This document shows positions 1 to 9,768 of a stretch of 26,225 nucleotides of DNA, one piece after another. How positions within the stretch are numbered: the stretch's first letter is position 1; each line of letters opens with the position of its first letter. The position numbers and the translations under genes were made by a program. This DNA comes from a virus (taxonomy: Duplodnaviria > Heunggongvirae > Uroviricota > Caudoviricetes). The DNA lies in the IMG/VR virus record IMGVR_UViG_2537562013_000006, positions 1 through 26,225 of that record. One strand, given 5' to 3'. The notes under the pieces were generated by a model. The model made no database searches and had not been told where the DNA came from. It saw only the letters and a program-made list of their open reading frames with translations.

Positions 1-40
1 TTCTGTTGTATCTATTGACGAACGCTTGCTCATTTCTCAA

Positions 41-388
41 TCAACCAACAACTTTCTTACACGGGAAAGAGCCAATAATTTTCGGAGCATCCATGCTGTT
101 CTGCAACAACTGGACGTTCAGGAAACGCGTTTTAGTGCCAGGTCGATGGATATACTCGAACCCATAATTGTTGCCATCTTTGGCAGGCATCAGGTCCATT
201 TTGATCTGCATGCCTGTACCGTCTTTACCCAACATTTTTACTTTTTGGGACGTTACTGTTTCGCCATTGATTTTAAATAATGAATCAGGGATCGCATCCA
301 TACGAAAGTTGCCGCATTGCATCGTTATGGTGTTTGCACTTACACCAACAGACACTAATGCCAGCAATGAAAATATCCATCGTTTCAT
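41..388 (-). CDS. Small secreted/periplasmic protein of unknown function (115 aa), cargo-like
   Basis: ORF 41..469 trimmed to the internal ATG at 388, which has GAGG about 9 nt upstream. N-terminus MKRWIFSLLALVSVGVSA looks like a signal peptide with an AXA site. Mature part has two Cys. Start is 2 nt after the stop of the upstream gene. GC looks lower than neighbours. Confidence 0.55.
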   Translation of the reverse strand: MKRWIFSLLALVSVGVSANTITMQCGNFRMDAIPDSLFKINGETVTSQKVKMLGKDGTGMQIKMDLMPAKDGNNYGFEYIHRPGTKTRFLNVQLLQNSMDAPKIIGSFPCKKVVG

Positions 389-390
389 TT

Positions 391-1455
391 CTATAATCCT
401 CTCTGAAAAGCAGTGCTGGATGGCATATCCTGCGCACCGCGCGCTTCGCACATCATATCCATGTACCACGCCTGGCCCCTTGTATCGCCAGTGTACATAA
501 TCCCGCGCACAATATAAACGCCATCCGTTGCGATGCTGGCAGGCTGCGATGTGGTGCCGCTTAGCGTAATATTTCCGTCCGTGTTCTGGTCGGTGATCTG
601 CCCACCAGCCATAGCGATATCGTTGTTCGACAACGCGGTGCGATATACGGAAGCCTGATCCAGTTGAATGAGCCCATTAACCCGGATGTTCGGATTAATA
701 AGCGCGCGAACGTTTACGCCGTTGCCGATGGTCTGCTGCGGCATGCCAATAAGCCCGGTAGCGCTGTTGAGCACAATCGCTTCGTGAACATATTCATTAT
801 TCGCCACCATCTGGCGCTGACCGTCTACGAATTGCCATGTTGCGCCACATTGCCCGGCTACGTTATCCATTAGATGCCGCGTCATGCCAAAGAGCACCCG
901 CCCCCGGGGGAATACAGTAGCAGGCATTTCAGGCGTCAGGCCTTCGGTCGCACCTTTGGCTTCGAAGTCTTTCATCAGCGCACGGTTCACATCAGCGACC
1001 GTGTAACCGGCAGCCAGCGTCTGTGAGGTTATACTGGTGGCAAAAGCCAGATCAGTATCTGCTGCCTGAATCAGGACGTAGGAATCAACCGGACTGTCTT
1101 TTCCTGTAACCGAGTAGCGAATTTCACCGCTGAAAATCAGTCCGTAGTTGCGGCCATCACTCTGGCCCACGTCCGCCGCATCAACCTCCCGCACGATCCC
1201 GACGTCGCTTGCCGACACCTCCGGCGCGATACCGTCGTAACCCGCAATCAGACGCACTTTCGAAAACTCCCGCCCGGTGATTCGGTTCACAGTATCTGCC
1301 GAGAGGTTATAAATTTTGATAGTCCCTACCCGGGACGCGCTGCTGATGTTGAACCAGTCGATCGTAAAGGTCACTTTAAAATCACTTAGCTCAATTCCCT
1401 GACCGTTCCCGTCCACAAGCTGCAGCTCGAAATGTCTCATCCAGTTCTGTGACAT
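391..1455 (-). CDS. Putative tail/baseplate protein (354 aa)
   Basis: ATG at 1455 with GGAG 5 nt upstream, directly after the stop of the preceding gene. Product assigned by position distal to the tape measure gene only; no motif recognised. Confidence 0.55.
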   Translation of the reverse strand: MSQNWMRHFELQLVDGNGQGIELSDFKVTFTIDWFNISSASRVGTIKIYNLSADTVNRITGREFSKVRLIAGYDGIAPEVSASDVGIVREVDAADVGQSDGRNYGLIFSGEIRYSVTGKDSPVDSYVLIQAADTDLAFATSITSQTLAAGYTVADVNRALMKDFEAKGATEGLTPEMPATVFPRGRVLFGMTRHLMDNVAGQCGATWQFVDGQRQMVANNEYVHEAIVLNSATGLIGMPQQTIGNGVNVRALINPNIRVNGLIQLDQASVYRTALSNNDIAMAGGQITDQNTDGNITLSGTTSQPASIATDGVYIVRGIMYTGDTRGQAWYMDMMCEARGAQDMPSSTAFQRGL

Positions 1456-1457
1456 GC

Positions 1458-1760
1458 TTACTCCGTTGATACCAGTAAATGGCTGCGACCGCCCAGGTCA
1501 GTTTTTGTGGGGTAATCCTGTGTGTTGTCATCACAGACCACCACCAGCTTAAAACCAAGCCCCATACAGGCGTACTGCGCCAGCAGGTCAGCACCAGTGA
1601 CGAGAGGAATACCGGAGATTACCGGCTCCCCTCTGTCGTTCTGCAGGTCCATAATCCAGTACAGATCGCGCCATATGATGCTAATCCGCCAGGTAACACC
1701 ACCCAGGACGATGCTGAACTGCTGGTTGTCCGCTGTCAGCGGAATTTCCTGAATTGCCAT
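1458..1760 (-). CDS. Hypothetical tail-module protein (100 aa)
   Basis: ATG at 1758-1760 overlaps the stop of the upstream gene (TAATG). Function unknown. Confidence 0.5.
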   Translation of the reverse strand: MAIQEIPLTADNQQFSIVLGGVTWRISIIWRDLYWIMDLQNDRGEPVISGIPLVTGADLLAQYACMGLGFKLVVVCDDNTQDYPTKTDLGGRSHLLVSTE

Positions 1761-2347
1761 TAGCCGCCCCCCAGTAATGACGCCACGTTACCCGTGATGC
1801 TTTTCAGCAGTGAAGTATCTGGAGGCTTGGGGGTTTTGTTGCCGCTGTTCTGTACCGCCGACGTGCTGGCCCCTTCCTTCATGTTGGTTTTATCCGCGAC
1901 GGAAATCTGCTGTGTCCGGGAGATAAGGCCCTCCCTCAGGGTGAGGACGGCGGACAGGACGTTTTCGGTTGTCTTGTCCGTCGTCACTTCCAGCGCCCGG
2001 ATCAACATGTTGCTGTACAGTCGTTTACCGGTTACCACATCGAAGGGGATACGGCTTTCCTGCAGATCCAGTAGCTCCTGATACGTCTGCTGAGGACTCA
2101 GGCCGAGCAGGCTGGTAGCCGTCAGGTTACTGGCAAAATCCAGCAATGCGCCACCACCGGCGAAACCAACCTCCATCACCACTTCTGACGGTTTTTTATA
2201 GGCATGATCAGCGACAGCGGCCCCGACCTCTACCGGATGCTCTGTTATTTCAAGCATATCTGTATGCTTCTCTGAAATAACAACACAGGGAACAATCATT
2301 CCTATTTTTCTGCTCTGCTGATGAAAAAGTGTAGAGAGAATATCCAC
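1760..2347 (-). CDS. Putative distal tail/baseplate protein (195 aa)
   Basis: The first codon at 2347 is GTG, not ATG, and shares a base with the tape measure stop. The internal ATG at 2299 has AGGA abutting it, so the GTG start is preferred but uncertain. Confidence 0.5.
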   Translation of the reverse strand: MDILSTLFHQQSRKIGMIVPCVVISEKHTDMLEITEHPVEVGAAVADHAYKKPSEVVMEVGFAGGGALLDFASNLTATSLLGLSPQQTYQELLDLQESRIPFDVVTGKRLYSNMLIRALEVTTDKTTENVLSAVLTLREGLISRTQQISVADKTNMKEGASTSAVQNSGNKTPKPPDTSLLKSITGNVASLLGGG

Positions 2348-4335
2348 TAACCCACCCTCACCTGATTACTTCGCATGACCTGAGCATTTGCAGACTGTTG
2401 CCGACGTGCAACCTCATTACCGACAGCGTGCGGATCTCCACCACCGTAAATGTGGTAGGTATTTTGCTGGTTAACCTCTGTCACTTTGCCACTAATTCCC
2501 GCCACGGCAGCCTTATTAATCAGCTCCCGAGAATAGATATTTCTTCCATTCTCATGCTGGATAATGCTGCTCATCAATGCTGACATGGTTTGCGGATCGC
2601 TCATATTCAGGGCAGCCCGGGGATCCACTCCCAGTCGTTGCGATACAGCCCTGATATACGCAGTTGTGTTGTTATTATCAGACGCAGGTGCCCAGGTAGA
2701 GATAATTTTCTCCACACTGTTTATTCCCCGTCCGGCGTACAGCATTAACTGACGAGCAAGAGCCCGTAATCCATCAAAAGCAGTTTCAAATCTGGCAAAT
2801 CGCCCGCCCGGGCGTTCAAGAGAAGCCCCTGCCTGACCAGCAAAATTAAGGTTTCCCGGATTGTTATTCCGTTCTCCTCGTTTCGTAGCCTGTGCATGTT
2901 GTTCCGGCTCATCATCACCAAACCAGCCGCGTACCGTCCGGCCCACACTGCGGGGATCGAATCCCCAGTGCTCTTTAATCCAGTCGGCAGTACTGTTAGC
3001 GCTGTCTGTAACCATCGGCATCGCTGACGGATTTTCGCTGCCCTGATTAAGTATCTGTTTGCCGATGCTGACGGCATCAGCCCAGCGGCCATCTTTGATA
3101 GCGTTGAGCAGGTCGGCGATCATGTTCAGCATTTTGCTGAATTCGCCCATCTGGTCGATGAAGTTGCTGAAATCCCACTTCAGGGACCATGATTTGGGGT
3201 CAATATTGAGCAGTTTCGCCAGCGCTTTCACCAGGTCGTTAACGGTCGTTTTAAGGTCACGAACCATCTTCAGCGCGGCATCGACCTCCGGTTTCCACTT
3301 GCCCCAGTCAATCAGGCTGTCGCCGCCTTCCTTCCAGGTCTGATAGTCCTCCCACAGGAGGGCAATACCCGCCGCCAGCGCGGTAATGAGGCCAATCGGC
3401 GACATCCAGAACGTACTGTTCAGAATGCGCAGCGCAATCGTCAGTGCGCCAAACAGCGAGATCAACTCCCGCGTTTGCTTATCCAGCGATTGCCACCAGG
3501 TGATAAGGCCTGATGTCCCCTCAATCAGTCTGAAGAACAGCCGCCCGATAATATCCCCGAGCGCCAGAATGCCTTTTATGGCTTTCGTCAGGGTCTGCTC
3601 GATACGAGGGAAGTTGTCCAGGATATGGCGGCGCAGGGTGTCCAGCGAACCCGCAAGCCCCCCCGCAAGATTAGAGCCGATTTTGTCACGGGCCATGCCT
3701 GCCATCGCGCCAAACTCACGCAGGGAGGTCATAAATTTGTTGGAGCTTCTGGCCGCCTCGTCAGCATTGAAGCCGATAGCTTTCGCCATTGCGCTGTACT
3801 GCCCGGAGAAGCCACCCACACCCCGGCGCATCGCCATAAGGGTATTTTCGTCAATGCCCAGCATCTGCGCATACTGGTTAGCCCGGTAATACGGCATGCT
3901 GCTGAGTTTCTGTCCAACGCCCGTAAAAATAGCGGCCATGTCACGCATGTTACCGCTGGCATCACGGGTCTGTACGCCCAGGCGATTCAGAAAGCCTTCT
4001 GCACCGGGATTGTTACGAATAAACCGGGATAGGCTTTCCAGAGAAGATCGCGCAGCGTCCACGCTGCCGCCAACCTGCGAAACCGCATAGCCAATAGACT
4101 GAATTCCCTGGACTGTCGCGCCGGTGCGCTGTGACGCCCAGTAAAGATTATCCAGGCCGGAGGCGATCTTAGCCGTGAAGGCCACCACGGACAACGCAGC
4201 TCCTTCAACAGCCAGCCCCATTTTGATGACATTTGCAGTTGTACCGGCGAGGACAGAACCGAACTTTTTCGCTCCTGCATCATCCACACTGAAGCCAAGC
4301 GAGACGAGGAAATCTTTAATAGTTTCAGCGTTCAT
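2347..4335 (-). CDS. Tail tape measure protein (about 662 aa)
   Basis: The track ORF begins with TTG at 4356; the first ATG is at 4335 (MNAETIKDFLV) with GGAGAGAGG just upstream. Long Ala/Gly/Leu-rich helical protein with hydrophobic central segments, placed after the tail chaperone as expected. C-terminal 170 aa carry a conserved-looking block (ERNNNPGNLNF...). Confidence 0.8.
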   Translation of the reverse strand: MNAETIKDFLVSLGFSVDDAGAKKFGSVLAGTTANVIKMGLAVEGAALSVVAFTAKIASGLDNLYWASQRTGATVQGIQSIGYAVSQVGGSVDAARSSLESLSRFIRNNPGAEGFLNRLGVQTRDASGNMRDMAAIFTGVGQKLSSMPYYRANQYAQMLGIDENTLMAMRRGVGGFSGQYSAMAKAIGFNADEAARSSNKFMTSLREFGAMAGMARDKIGSNLAGGLAGSLDTLRRHILDNFPRIEQTLTKAIKGILALGDIIGRLFFRLIEGTSGLITWWQSLDKQTRELISLFGALTIALRILNSTFWMSPIGLITALAAGIALLWEDYQTWKEGGDSLIDWGKWKPEVDAALKMVRDLKTTVNDLVKALAKLLNIDPKSWSLKWDFSNFIDQMGEFSKMLNMIADLLNAIKDGRWADAVSIGKQILNQGSENPSAMPMVTDSANSTADWIKEHWGFDPRSVGRTVRGWFGDDEPEQHAQATKRGERNNNPGNLNFAGQAGASLERPGGRFARFETAFDGLRALARQLMLYAGRGINSVEKIISTWAPASDNNNTTAYIRAVSQRLGVDPRAALNMSDPQTMSALMSSIIQHENGRNIYSRELINKAAVAGISGKVTEVNQQNTYHIYGGGDPHAVGNEVARRQQSANAQVMRSNQVRVG

Positions 4336-4965
4336 TATCCTCTCTCCATTTCTCAATGCGTCGCTGGTTATCCGCTTTTACCGCCAGATGGTCATTCAAG
4401 AGAGCAATGTCATACAAATCGACAGAGCCATCTTTAAGTGCTGTATAAGGAATTAACCCGGCGTCAACCGGATTGAGAAGGTAGGACAGCCCGTCCGGCA
4501 GGCTGTTAAACGTCAGCCCTGTTGCAGGCTCTGCGTCGTGCTGGTAAGGGGTGTAGGCAAAAAATTTCCCAGCGAATCGGCGACCACCCGCGCCACCAGC
4601 TGCAGCATGACCAGCAAGTCAATATCATCAAACATCAGTTCGCCCTGGGTAAATACCGGCACCCATCCGTCCATATGACGCCGCGATACCACCGCAAGAC
4701 AGGGATGAATAATCGCATCGGTGTCATCTTCGGTCAGGGAAGACAGTTCCTCAGCGATACGCGGGAGCATGGTTTCAAACACCGGTTTTAACTGTTCGAA
4801 TTTCACGGTGTCGATTTTGCCGTCAGCAGGCAAACGGGAGCGAATACTCCCGAAATCTGACATCATTCCTGCCAGCACCGGCAGAAGTTTGCGGGTCACT
4901 TTCAGCTGGTCAAAAACGCTGAGTTTTGCCGTGCGATATTTCACGCCTTTAATTTCGAATTCCAT
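4325..4965 (-). CDS. Predicted -1 frameshift fusion product of the tail chaperone (GT-like, about 213 aa)
   Basis: I translated the -1 frame by hand from the slippery site (G GGA AAT / T TTT TTG, plus coordinates 4558-4570). It stays open for about 75 codons (TFNSLPDGLSYLLNPVDAGLIPYTALKDGSVDLYDIALLNDHLAVKADNQRRIEKWREDNER) and stops at 4325-4327, just past the tape measure ATG. Confidence 0.5.
4513..4965 (-). CDS. Tail assembly chaperone (150 aa, G-like)
   Basis: ATG at 4965, located between the tube-like gene and the tape measure gene. Near its 3' end the in-frame codons read CTG GGA AAT TTT TTG, which contains slippery heptamers. Confidence 0.7.
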   Translation of the reverse strand: MEFEIKGVKYRTAKLSVFDQLKVTRKLLPVLAGMMSDFGSIRSRLPADGKIDTVKFEQLKPVFETMLPRIAEELSSLTEDDTDAIIHPCLAVVSRRHMDGWVPVFTQGELMFDDIDLLVMLQLVARVVADSLGNFLPTPLTSTTQSLQQG

Positions 4966-4968
4966 GCA

Positions 4969-5409
4969 TTAAAACTCCCCGAGAACCTGGTCAATCTTGC
5001 CGCAGTCAAACACCCACGGCATCGTATTACCGGTTTTAGCGTTGGCGTTATCCGGTTGTTTCTGGAACGCAACACTGCGTGCCGTGATGATGTCGCCGCT
5101 GACCTTGTTGCGGATCACGATAACGTTATTCCCCCATGTGGCAGAAGACTGGCTCTGTGCGTTATACGCCAGCGACAATTTTTTATTTGTCGGTGATGTC
5201 TTCAGAAGGTTAACGGTAATCGTCCCGCTTTTATCTGCATGGAGACTGTGCATCACTTCGCCATCAGCACCGATGGTCATGGTGTTTTTAGGACCGCCCA
5301 TCGCAACCACAATCCCCTCTTCAGAACTTGCCGAACCGTACCCGAGGTCAATCGAACCTGTCGGCCCGGTCAGCGTCGCAGTGACATCCATAAAAGAATA
5401 GGTAGACAT
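4969..5409 (-). CDS. Tail tube-like protein (146 aa)
   Basis: ATG at 5409. Small protein directly downstream of the sheath-like gene and upstream of the chaperone; assignment by gene order. Confidence 0.55.
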   Translation of the reverse strand: MSTYSFMDVTATLTGPTGSIDLGYGSASSEEGIVVAMGGPKNTMTIGADGEVMHSLHADKSGTITVNLLKTSPTNKKLSLAYNAQSQSSATWGNNVIVIRNKVSGDIITARSVAFQKQPDNANAKTGNTMPWVFDCGKIDQVLGEF

Positions 5410-5419
5410 TCACTTCCCC

Positions 5420-6565
5420 TTAGCGAACAACGTTAATCTGTACGTCAGCGTAATGAACCGCGCCTGCAAGTTTTATTGCAGCCTGAATCACCGGAGCCTT
5501 ACGGGCTTCACGTTCTGATTGAGCCTGTTCATCCAGCGGCTGAGCGTATACGTAATAACCTTTGGGCAGTGTGTCACCTGATGACAACTGACCAAGGTCG
5601 CCCCCGTTCCATACGCCCGGAGCAATCAGTCCATTCTGAACGGTCTGATCCAGTGATTTTTCAACATTTGATAACAGTCGGGTAATACCGGCTTCAGTCT
5701 GGGGAACTTTCGTGGTGCTGGTATAAAGCAGGTTATAGAGGTTGGTCTGCACATAATTCTGTAACCAGTCCAGGCCGTGGCGTTCATCAAAGAAATCGCC
5801 GTTAGCCATCACTCCCTGCTGGAGGATAGCCGTATCATTCTGGTAGTACACGAATACATTGCAGTTTTTTGCATCAAGTGCCGATGCCTGGCTGACTGTC
5901 AGTGTTTCATACCCGATACCCGGCTCCTGCTTAAACTTGAGCGTAATCGCGGTATTACTGCCATTGAAATTAACCGTGAATGCCCGGCCAAATGCAGATA
6001 ACGCAGCGTATTTATTACCCGATGAATACTGAATAAAACTGCGTGAATATCCGGCGGTTTTCAGTTTTGATGCCAAATCATCGCTGGATGCAGTCTGCAG
6101 GCATTTCTCATCGCTTGTCGTAATCGCCAGAATACGGCTTACAGAAGAGGATTCGATCGCCGCAGCCACTTTCAGCCAGTCTGCATCCTGAATATCTTCA
6201 TCGTCTGCAATCCCCAGCCCATACCATGAAGTATAATCAAGCATGGCATTCACAGCCTGCTCCAGCGTCTCAGGCGTGGCCTGTTCGCTGTCTCCCTTCG
6301 TTTTCACCCAACGACCAACAAAAACCTCCTGAGGTTTCGGTGATTGAGAGAAAAACACCTGCGCAGCCTTATATTCTGGTGATTCCACGCCAAAATCTTT
6401 TCCAATATCTTCCGCGGCAGAATAACGGCGAATGCGCTCACTTACCGGAATGATTGTGGACGGGCCGAGAATGAGTAATGCACCAAAATTTCGCCCTGAT
6501 GCTGCACGCGGCGACATGATCACATCAACATTAACAACGTTTGATACAGGCAAGCCCTGTGCCAT
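5420..6565 (-). CDS. Tail sheath-like major tail protein (381 aa)
   Basis: ATG at 6565. Size and position (sheath, tube, chaperone, tape measure order) suggest a contractile tail. From memory it resembles the short DUF3383-type sheath family; not verified. Confidence 0.55.
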   Translation of the reverse strand: MAQGLPVSNVVNVDVIMSPRAASGRNFGALLILGPSTIIPVSERIRRYSAAEDIGKDFGVESPEYKAAQVFFSQSPKPQEVFVGRWVKTKGDSEQATPETLEQAVNAMLDYTSWYGLGIADDEDIQDADWLKVAAAIESSSVSRILAITTSDEKCLQTASSDDLASKLKTAGYSRSFIQYSSGNKYAALSAFGRAFTVNFNGSNTAITLKFKQEPGIGYETLTVSQASALDAKNCNVFVYYQNDTAILQQGVMANGDFFDERHGLDWLQNYVQTNLYNLLYTSTTKVPQTEAGITRLLSNVEKSLDQTVQNGLIAPGVWNGGDLGQLSSGDTLPKGYYVYAQPLDEQAQSEREARKAPVIQAAIKLAGAVHYADVQINVVR

Positions 6566-6568
6566 AGC

Positions 6569-7132
6569 TTAATCTCCGAAAAAGATGACTGGTGCATCCA
6601 CCAGCGATTTAATACCGTACTCGCGCACAACCTTCCGGCGCAGGCGCACCGTCATATCGTAGCGGCGGACCCATTGCTGATTAATAAGTTCAGGGAAGGG
6701 AGTCAGACCTGTGTAATCGCCAAGAGACAGCCCCAGCGCATTCAGTGCTGCATTGTTCTGCGGCACAGATATACCGTCACGAAACCGGGACGCATACACC
6801 ATCCCCGCCGGTCCATAAAACGAAGCCATACACTCAATCGTTTCATGCCGCCAGAGCTGAGAGCCATCATCGGTCTGTCTGGTGAATGCCGGACTGTCAT
6901 CACCTGACCATCCGATAACCCCAAACGCACACCAGTTCGTTTCAACCGGTAGCAGTGGCGGCTGCTCTTTCTGCCAGCGCGGGCGAACCATCCCGGCAGA
7001 CAGACCGGAAACGTTACGTATCCACTGGCTTAACAGCCTGTCGAGCGCTTCGTCATAATCCGGATCGCCACTGGTTGGTATTAACCATCCGCGCTCTGTA
7101 CTGGTGTTATTGCTCAACCGGAGTTCCCCCAT
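6569..7132 (-). CDS. Hypothetical virion/tail-completion protein (about 187 aa)
   Basis: The track ORF begins with TTG at 7135; the adjacent ATG at 7132 is used here. Overlaps the upstream gene by about 26 nt. Confidence 0.45.
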   Translation of the reverse strand: MGELRLSNNTSTERGWLIPTSGDPDYDEALDRLLSQWIRNVSGLSAGMVRPRWQKEQPPLLPVETNWCAFGVIGWSGDDSPAFTRQTDDGSQLWRHETIECMASFYGPAGMVYASRFRDGISVPQNNAALNALGLSLGDYTGLTPFPELINQQWVRRYDMTVRLRRKVVREYGIKSLVDAPVIFFGD

Positions 7133-7496
7133 CAAACGGCATCAACTCACAATGCGCCTGAACGAATCCGGCCCCATAAGCTGTATACGGGTCGACGAAG
7201 GTCACACGGTAATCACGGCCCTGATACGTCACGATATCGGCATCACGGCCAGTCTGTCCCTGCGTCAGTCGCTCAGTCGTCACAATCAGAATTGCACCAC
7301 TGATTACCTGCCCGGCCTGCATACGACGGTTTTCCAGAGAGCGATCAACAGTAACGACTCCGGCAAACTGCTTTTTAACTTCGCTGTCGCTGCCGATTCC
7401 GTCCTCATCCACCGTTTGCACACGGCGTGTTACCCACAAATTGAAGTCGCAAAAATCGGGGTCAAAAAGCACATCTGTTACATCAAGAGTCGGCAT
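7107..7496 (-). CDS. Hypothetical neck / head-tail joining protein (129 aa)
   Basis: ATG at 7496 with GAGG 7 nt upstream; sits in the connector region. Confidence 0.5.
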   Translation of the reverse strand: MPTLDVTDVLFDPDFCDFNLWVTRRVQTVDEDGIGSDSEVKKQFAGVVTVDRSLENRRMQAGQVISGAILIVTTERLTQGQTGRDADIVTYQGRDYRVTFVDPYTAYGAGFVQAHCELMPFDGGTPVEQ

Positions 7497-8037
7497 CTTT
7501 ATCCCTCACTACATGGGTAATAGCTCTGCGATATTGCCCGGTGTCAATTAATGGTTTCGCCAGATCGGTTCCGGGAGATTCGCCAGCAACACGCCGGGCG
7601 AGTTCCAGTGTTGCCCCCTTGCGCCCCCGACGAGCCCGGGCTTCAACAGTACTGTCAGCAAGCGGCGTAAAGCCGGTAATGGTCATGTAACGCCTGACGC
7701 CATTAACGGCCAGCGTTCCGGCACGGTTGAGTGCACTTTCTGCTCCCGCAGCATTACCATCAAGTGCAGCCTGCGCCGCGGCTTTAAGCTGCGGCACCGT
7801 CTGCTCTTCTGCCGATTTAACGCCGGGGACCAGGTGAGGTCGTGGCGGGATGTTCTGCTCTGGTGAGCCGTATTCGTTGAGGTAACCGATGCCCGCATTA
7901 CCAAACGGAACATCATCCCGTTCGCTGTCTTCCGAAGGGATGCCGACCAGCACATCTTTTTTGGTTAACGACCTGAGCGCATCCAGAATGGCCTTAGCGT
8001 TATCCACCCTCGTTGTTACACCGCTTTTGAAACTCAT
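7483..8037 (-). CDS. Hypothetical neck/tail completion protein (184 aa)
   Basis: ATG at 8037; overlaps neighbours by a few nt on both sides. Confidence 0.5.
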   Translation of the reverse strand: MSFKSGVTTRVDNAKAILDALRSLTKKDVLVGIPSEDSERDDVPFGNAGIGYLNEYGSPEQNIPPRPHLVPGVKSAEEQTVPQLKAAAQAALDGNAAGAESALNRAGTLAVNGVRRYMTITGFTPLADSTVEARARRGRKGATLELARRVAGESPGTDLAKPLIDTGQYRRAITHVVRDKDADS

Positions 8038-8441
8038 AGCTGGCGACCGCCTGCACCGAACATCGTGATCAACTGATAAAATTCAGCGCCATATCGGGTG
8101 TTATTCCAGAAACCTGCATCAGGATTCAGCGTCGCGCTGGTGTCATAGCTGACGCTTACCTTATCCACGGACTTTGAGGACTGAACACCATTGGTTGAAC
8201 CGCCCGGACCACCAGCCAGCATCGCTCTGCTGTCAGCCGCCCAGAGCGTCATGTAGTGAGCAACGAACAACCCGGCAAAGTACGGAAACAACTTTTTGCC
8301 GGTGACATTTTCGCTCAGCAGTTCATCGGCCAGATTCAGACGGAACCCGATTTGGGCGTCGGGATATTTTGCCGGGTCAGCAAACTGCGGGAAGTCGCGG
8401 CGAAAATCACTTACCGCTGGCAGACTTTGATTCTTTGACAT
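8034..8441 (-). CDS. Hypothetical head-tail connector protein (about 135 aa)
   Basis: Track ORF 8034..8540 trimmed to the internal ATG at 8441 ([13 protein letters not shown]...). Start choice is uncertain; 8453 is an alternative. Confidence 0.45.
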   Translation of the reverse strand: MSKNQSLPAVSDFRRDFPQFADPAKYPDAQIGFRLNLADELLSENVTGKKLFPYFAGLFVAHYMTLWAADSRAMLAGGPGGSTNGVQSSKSVDKVSVSYDTSATLNPDAGFWNNTRYGAEFYQLITMFGAGGRQL

Positions 8442-8775
8442 CTTTAGCCCCATTACCGCCAGTCCGGGCGGCAGTAATCTGCGCCTGCAGGCTGTCGTTC
8501 TGCTCCTGCAGTTTGAGCAATGCATCTTTAAGATCGGCAATCAGCTTATCTTTGTCGGCAATCTGCGCTTGCAGGCCGTCGATAATGGGTTGCAGATCAT
8601 CGGTGTCGCTAATCACGCTTTCGGAAAGCTCAGAGTGCGCCTGGGTGAACCAGTGCGACGCGACCTCTTCCGGTACGTTATGCCGTCCCCGGCCAAACTC
8701 CTGTTTTGACTGATCGCCGAGCGTCAGCGTAAACGGGGTGTGAACATGGATGGTAACCAGCTTTTCTTTCGCCAT
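8407..8775 (-). CDS. Hypothetical head protein with C-terminal coiled coil (122 aa)
   Basis: Track ORF 8407..9006 trimmed to ATG at 8775 ([12 protein letters not shown]...) with AGGAAA upstream. The longer reading would overlap the capsid gene. C-terminus has heptad-like repeats ([33 protein letters not shown]). Confidence 0.5.
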   Translation of the reverse strand: MAKEKLVTIHVHTPFTLTLGDQSKQEFGRGRHNVPEEVASHWFTQAHSELSESVISDTDDLQPIIDGLQAQIADKDKLIADLKDALLKLQEQNDSLQAQITAARTGGNGAKDVKESKSASGK

Positions 8776-8815
8776 TTCAGTTTCCTTCAGGCCCCTTTCG
8801 GGGCCATTCTGGTTA

Positions 8816-9757
8816 TCAGATACCGTCCACATAGGACAGAGTTTCTTTATACACTGGCTCGACTGCACCCAGCTTGCCGTAGTAAGTGACGATCTGATAC
8901 AGGCCGCGATACTGCACCGGCACGCTCTGAAGCGGAACCAGCGGGTAGCGGACGTATTTTTTATCGTTGGTGTACGCAACCATGCGATCCTTATTCCCCA
9001 CACCACGGCCTTTCAGCCATTTAACCGCGCGGATATTCAGCGGAACACCGTTCTGGTGATAGCTGATGGTGTTGGTCTGAAGGTACGTCAACAGGGACTG
9101 GTTACCCGCAGATGAAACGATGATGCTGGACAACAGAGCAAACTGTTCAGGCGGGATCAGCAAATCACGCGGGACCACAGAGTAACCAGAAGCGGCCCAC
9201 GCATCAGACAGCACCTGGTTAATGCTTGCGCGGATTTCGTCCGGTGTTGAGGTTGCCCACGTTTTGGCAGCGTTGTTGACAGGCACGCCGTCCAGGGTAA
9301 CAAGGCCTTTCAGGTTTAATGCGGAATCGCCAACATATACCTGTTCATCGTTATCCATCTGCCATTTCAGTTGCATCCCGTCATACTTCTGCGTATCAAT
9401 CGGGCGGCCGACCTGCTGAGCAGCCTGCAATTCTATGACCGTCCAGCCAAGTTCCATCCCCCACAGGTTCAGCGGGTTACCGGATTTGCCGGTATCCACG
9501 TTCACGCCAGCAATAGCGGTTGAGTCTTTGCCTACCCAGTTTTTGCCATTCGGATTTGCACCAGTACCCGCAGCGGCGAAGCTGGTATTCGTCCAGCTGG
9601 AAATGTCATCTGCGATAGAGACATCTTCACGCAACTGAATATCGCGGGTCCAGGTGTACCCCACCAGTGGCAGGTTCAGCGTCTGGTCGAGTCGCTCCAG
9701 CTCCCCGATGAGAAAGGCACCAGAGCTGTCAACGGTTGCCTGATCAAAAGTAATCAT
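8816..9757 (-). CDS. Major capsid protein (313 aa)
   Basis: ATG at 9757. Size and position downstream of the portal, Mu-F-like and scaffold-like genes. Confidence 0.65.
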   Translation of the reverse strand: MITFDQATVDSSGAFLIGELERLDQTLNLPLVGYTWTRDIQLREDVSIADDISSWTNTSFAAAGTGANPNGKNWVGKDSTAIAGVNVDTGKSGNPLNLWGMELGWTVIELQAAQQVGRPIDTQKYDGMQLKWQMDNDEQVYVGDSALNLKGLVTLDGVPVNNAAKTWATSTPDEIRASINQVLSDAWAASGYSVVPRDLLIPPEQFALLSSIIVSSAGNQSLLTYLQTNTISYHQNGVPLNIRAVKWLKGRGVGNKDRMVAYTNDKKYVRYPLVPLQSVPVQYRGLYQIVTYYGKLGAVEPVYKETLSYVDGI

Positions 9758-9768
9758 TCGTCTGTTCC

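Noticed and set aside
4356-4356. ORF-track start positions at TTG/GTG codons (4356, 7135, 2347, 23064, 26217) and the holin upstream ATG (17211)
   Set aside because: The track reports non-ATG starts as M. Where an in-frame ATG with a better SD lay a few codons downstream I used it (4335, 7132, 23097, 17193). 2347 was kept as GTG because of the tight coupling. 26217 was treated as an internal codon of a gene truncated by the window edge.
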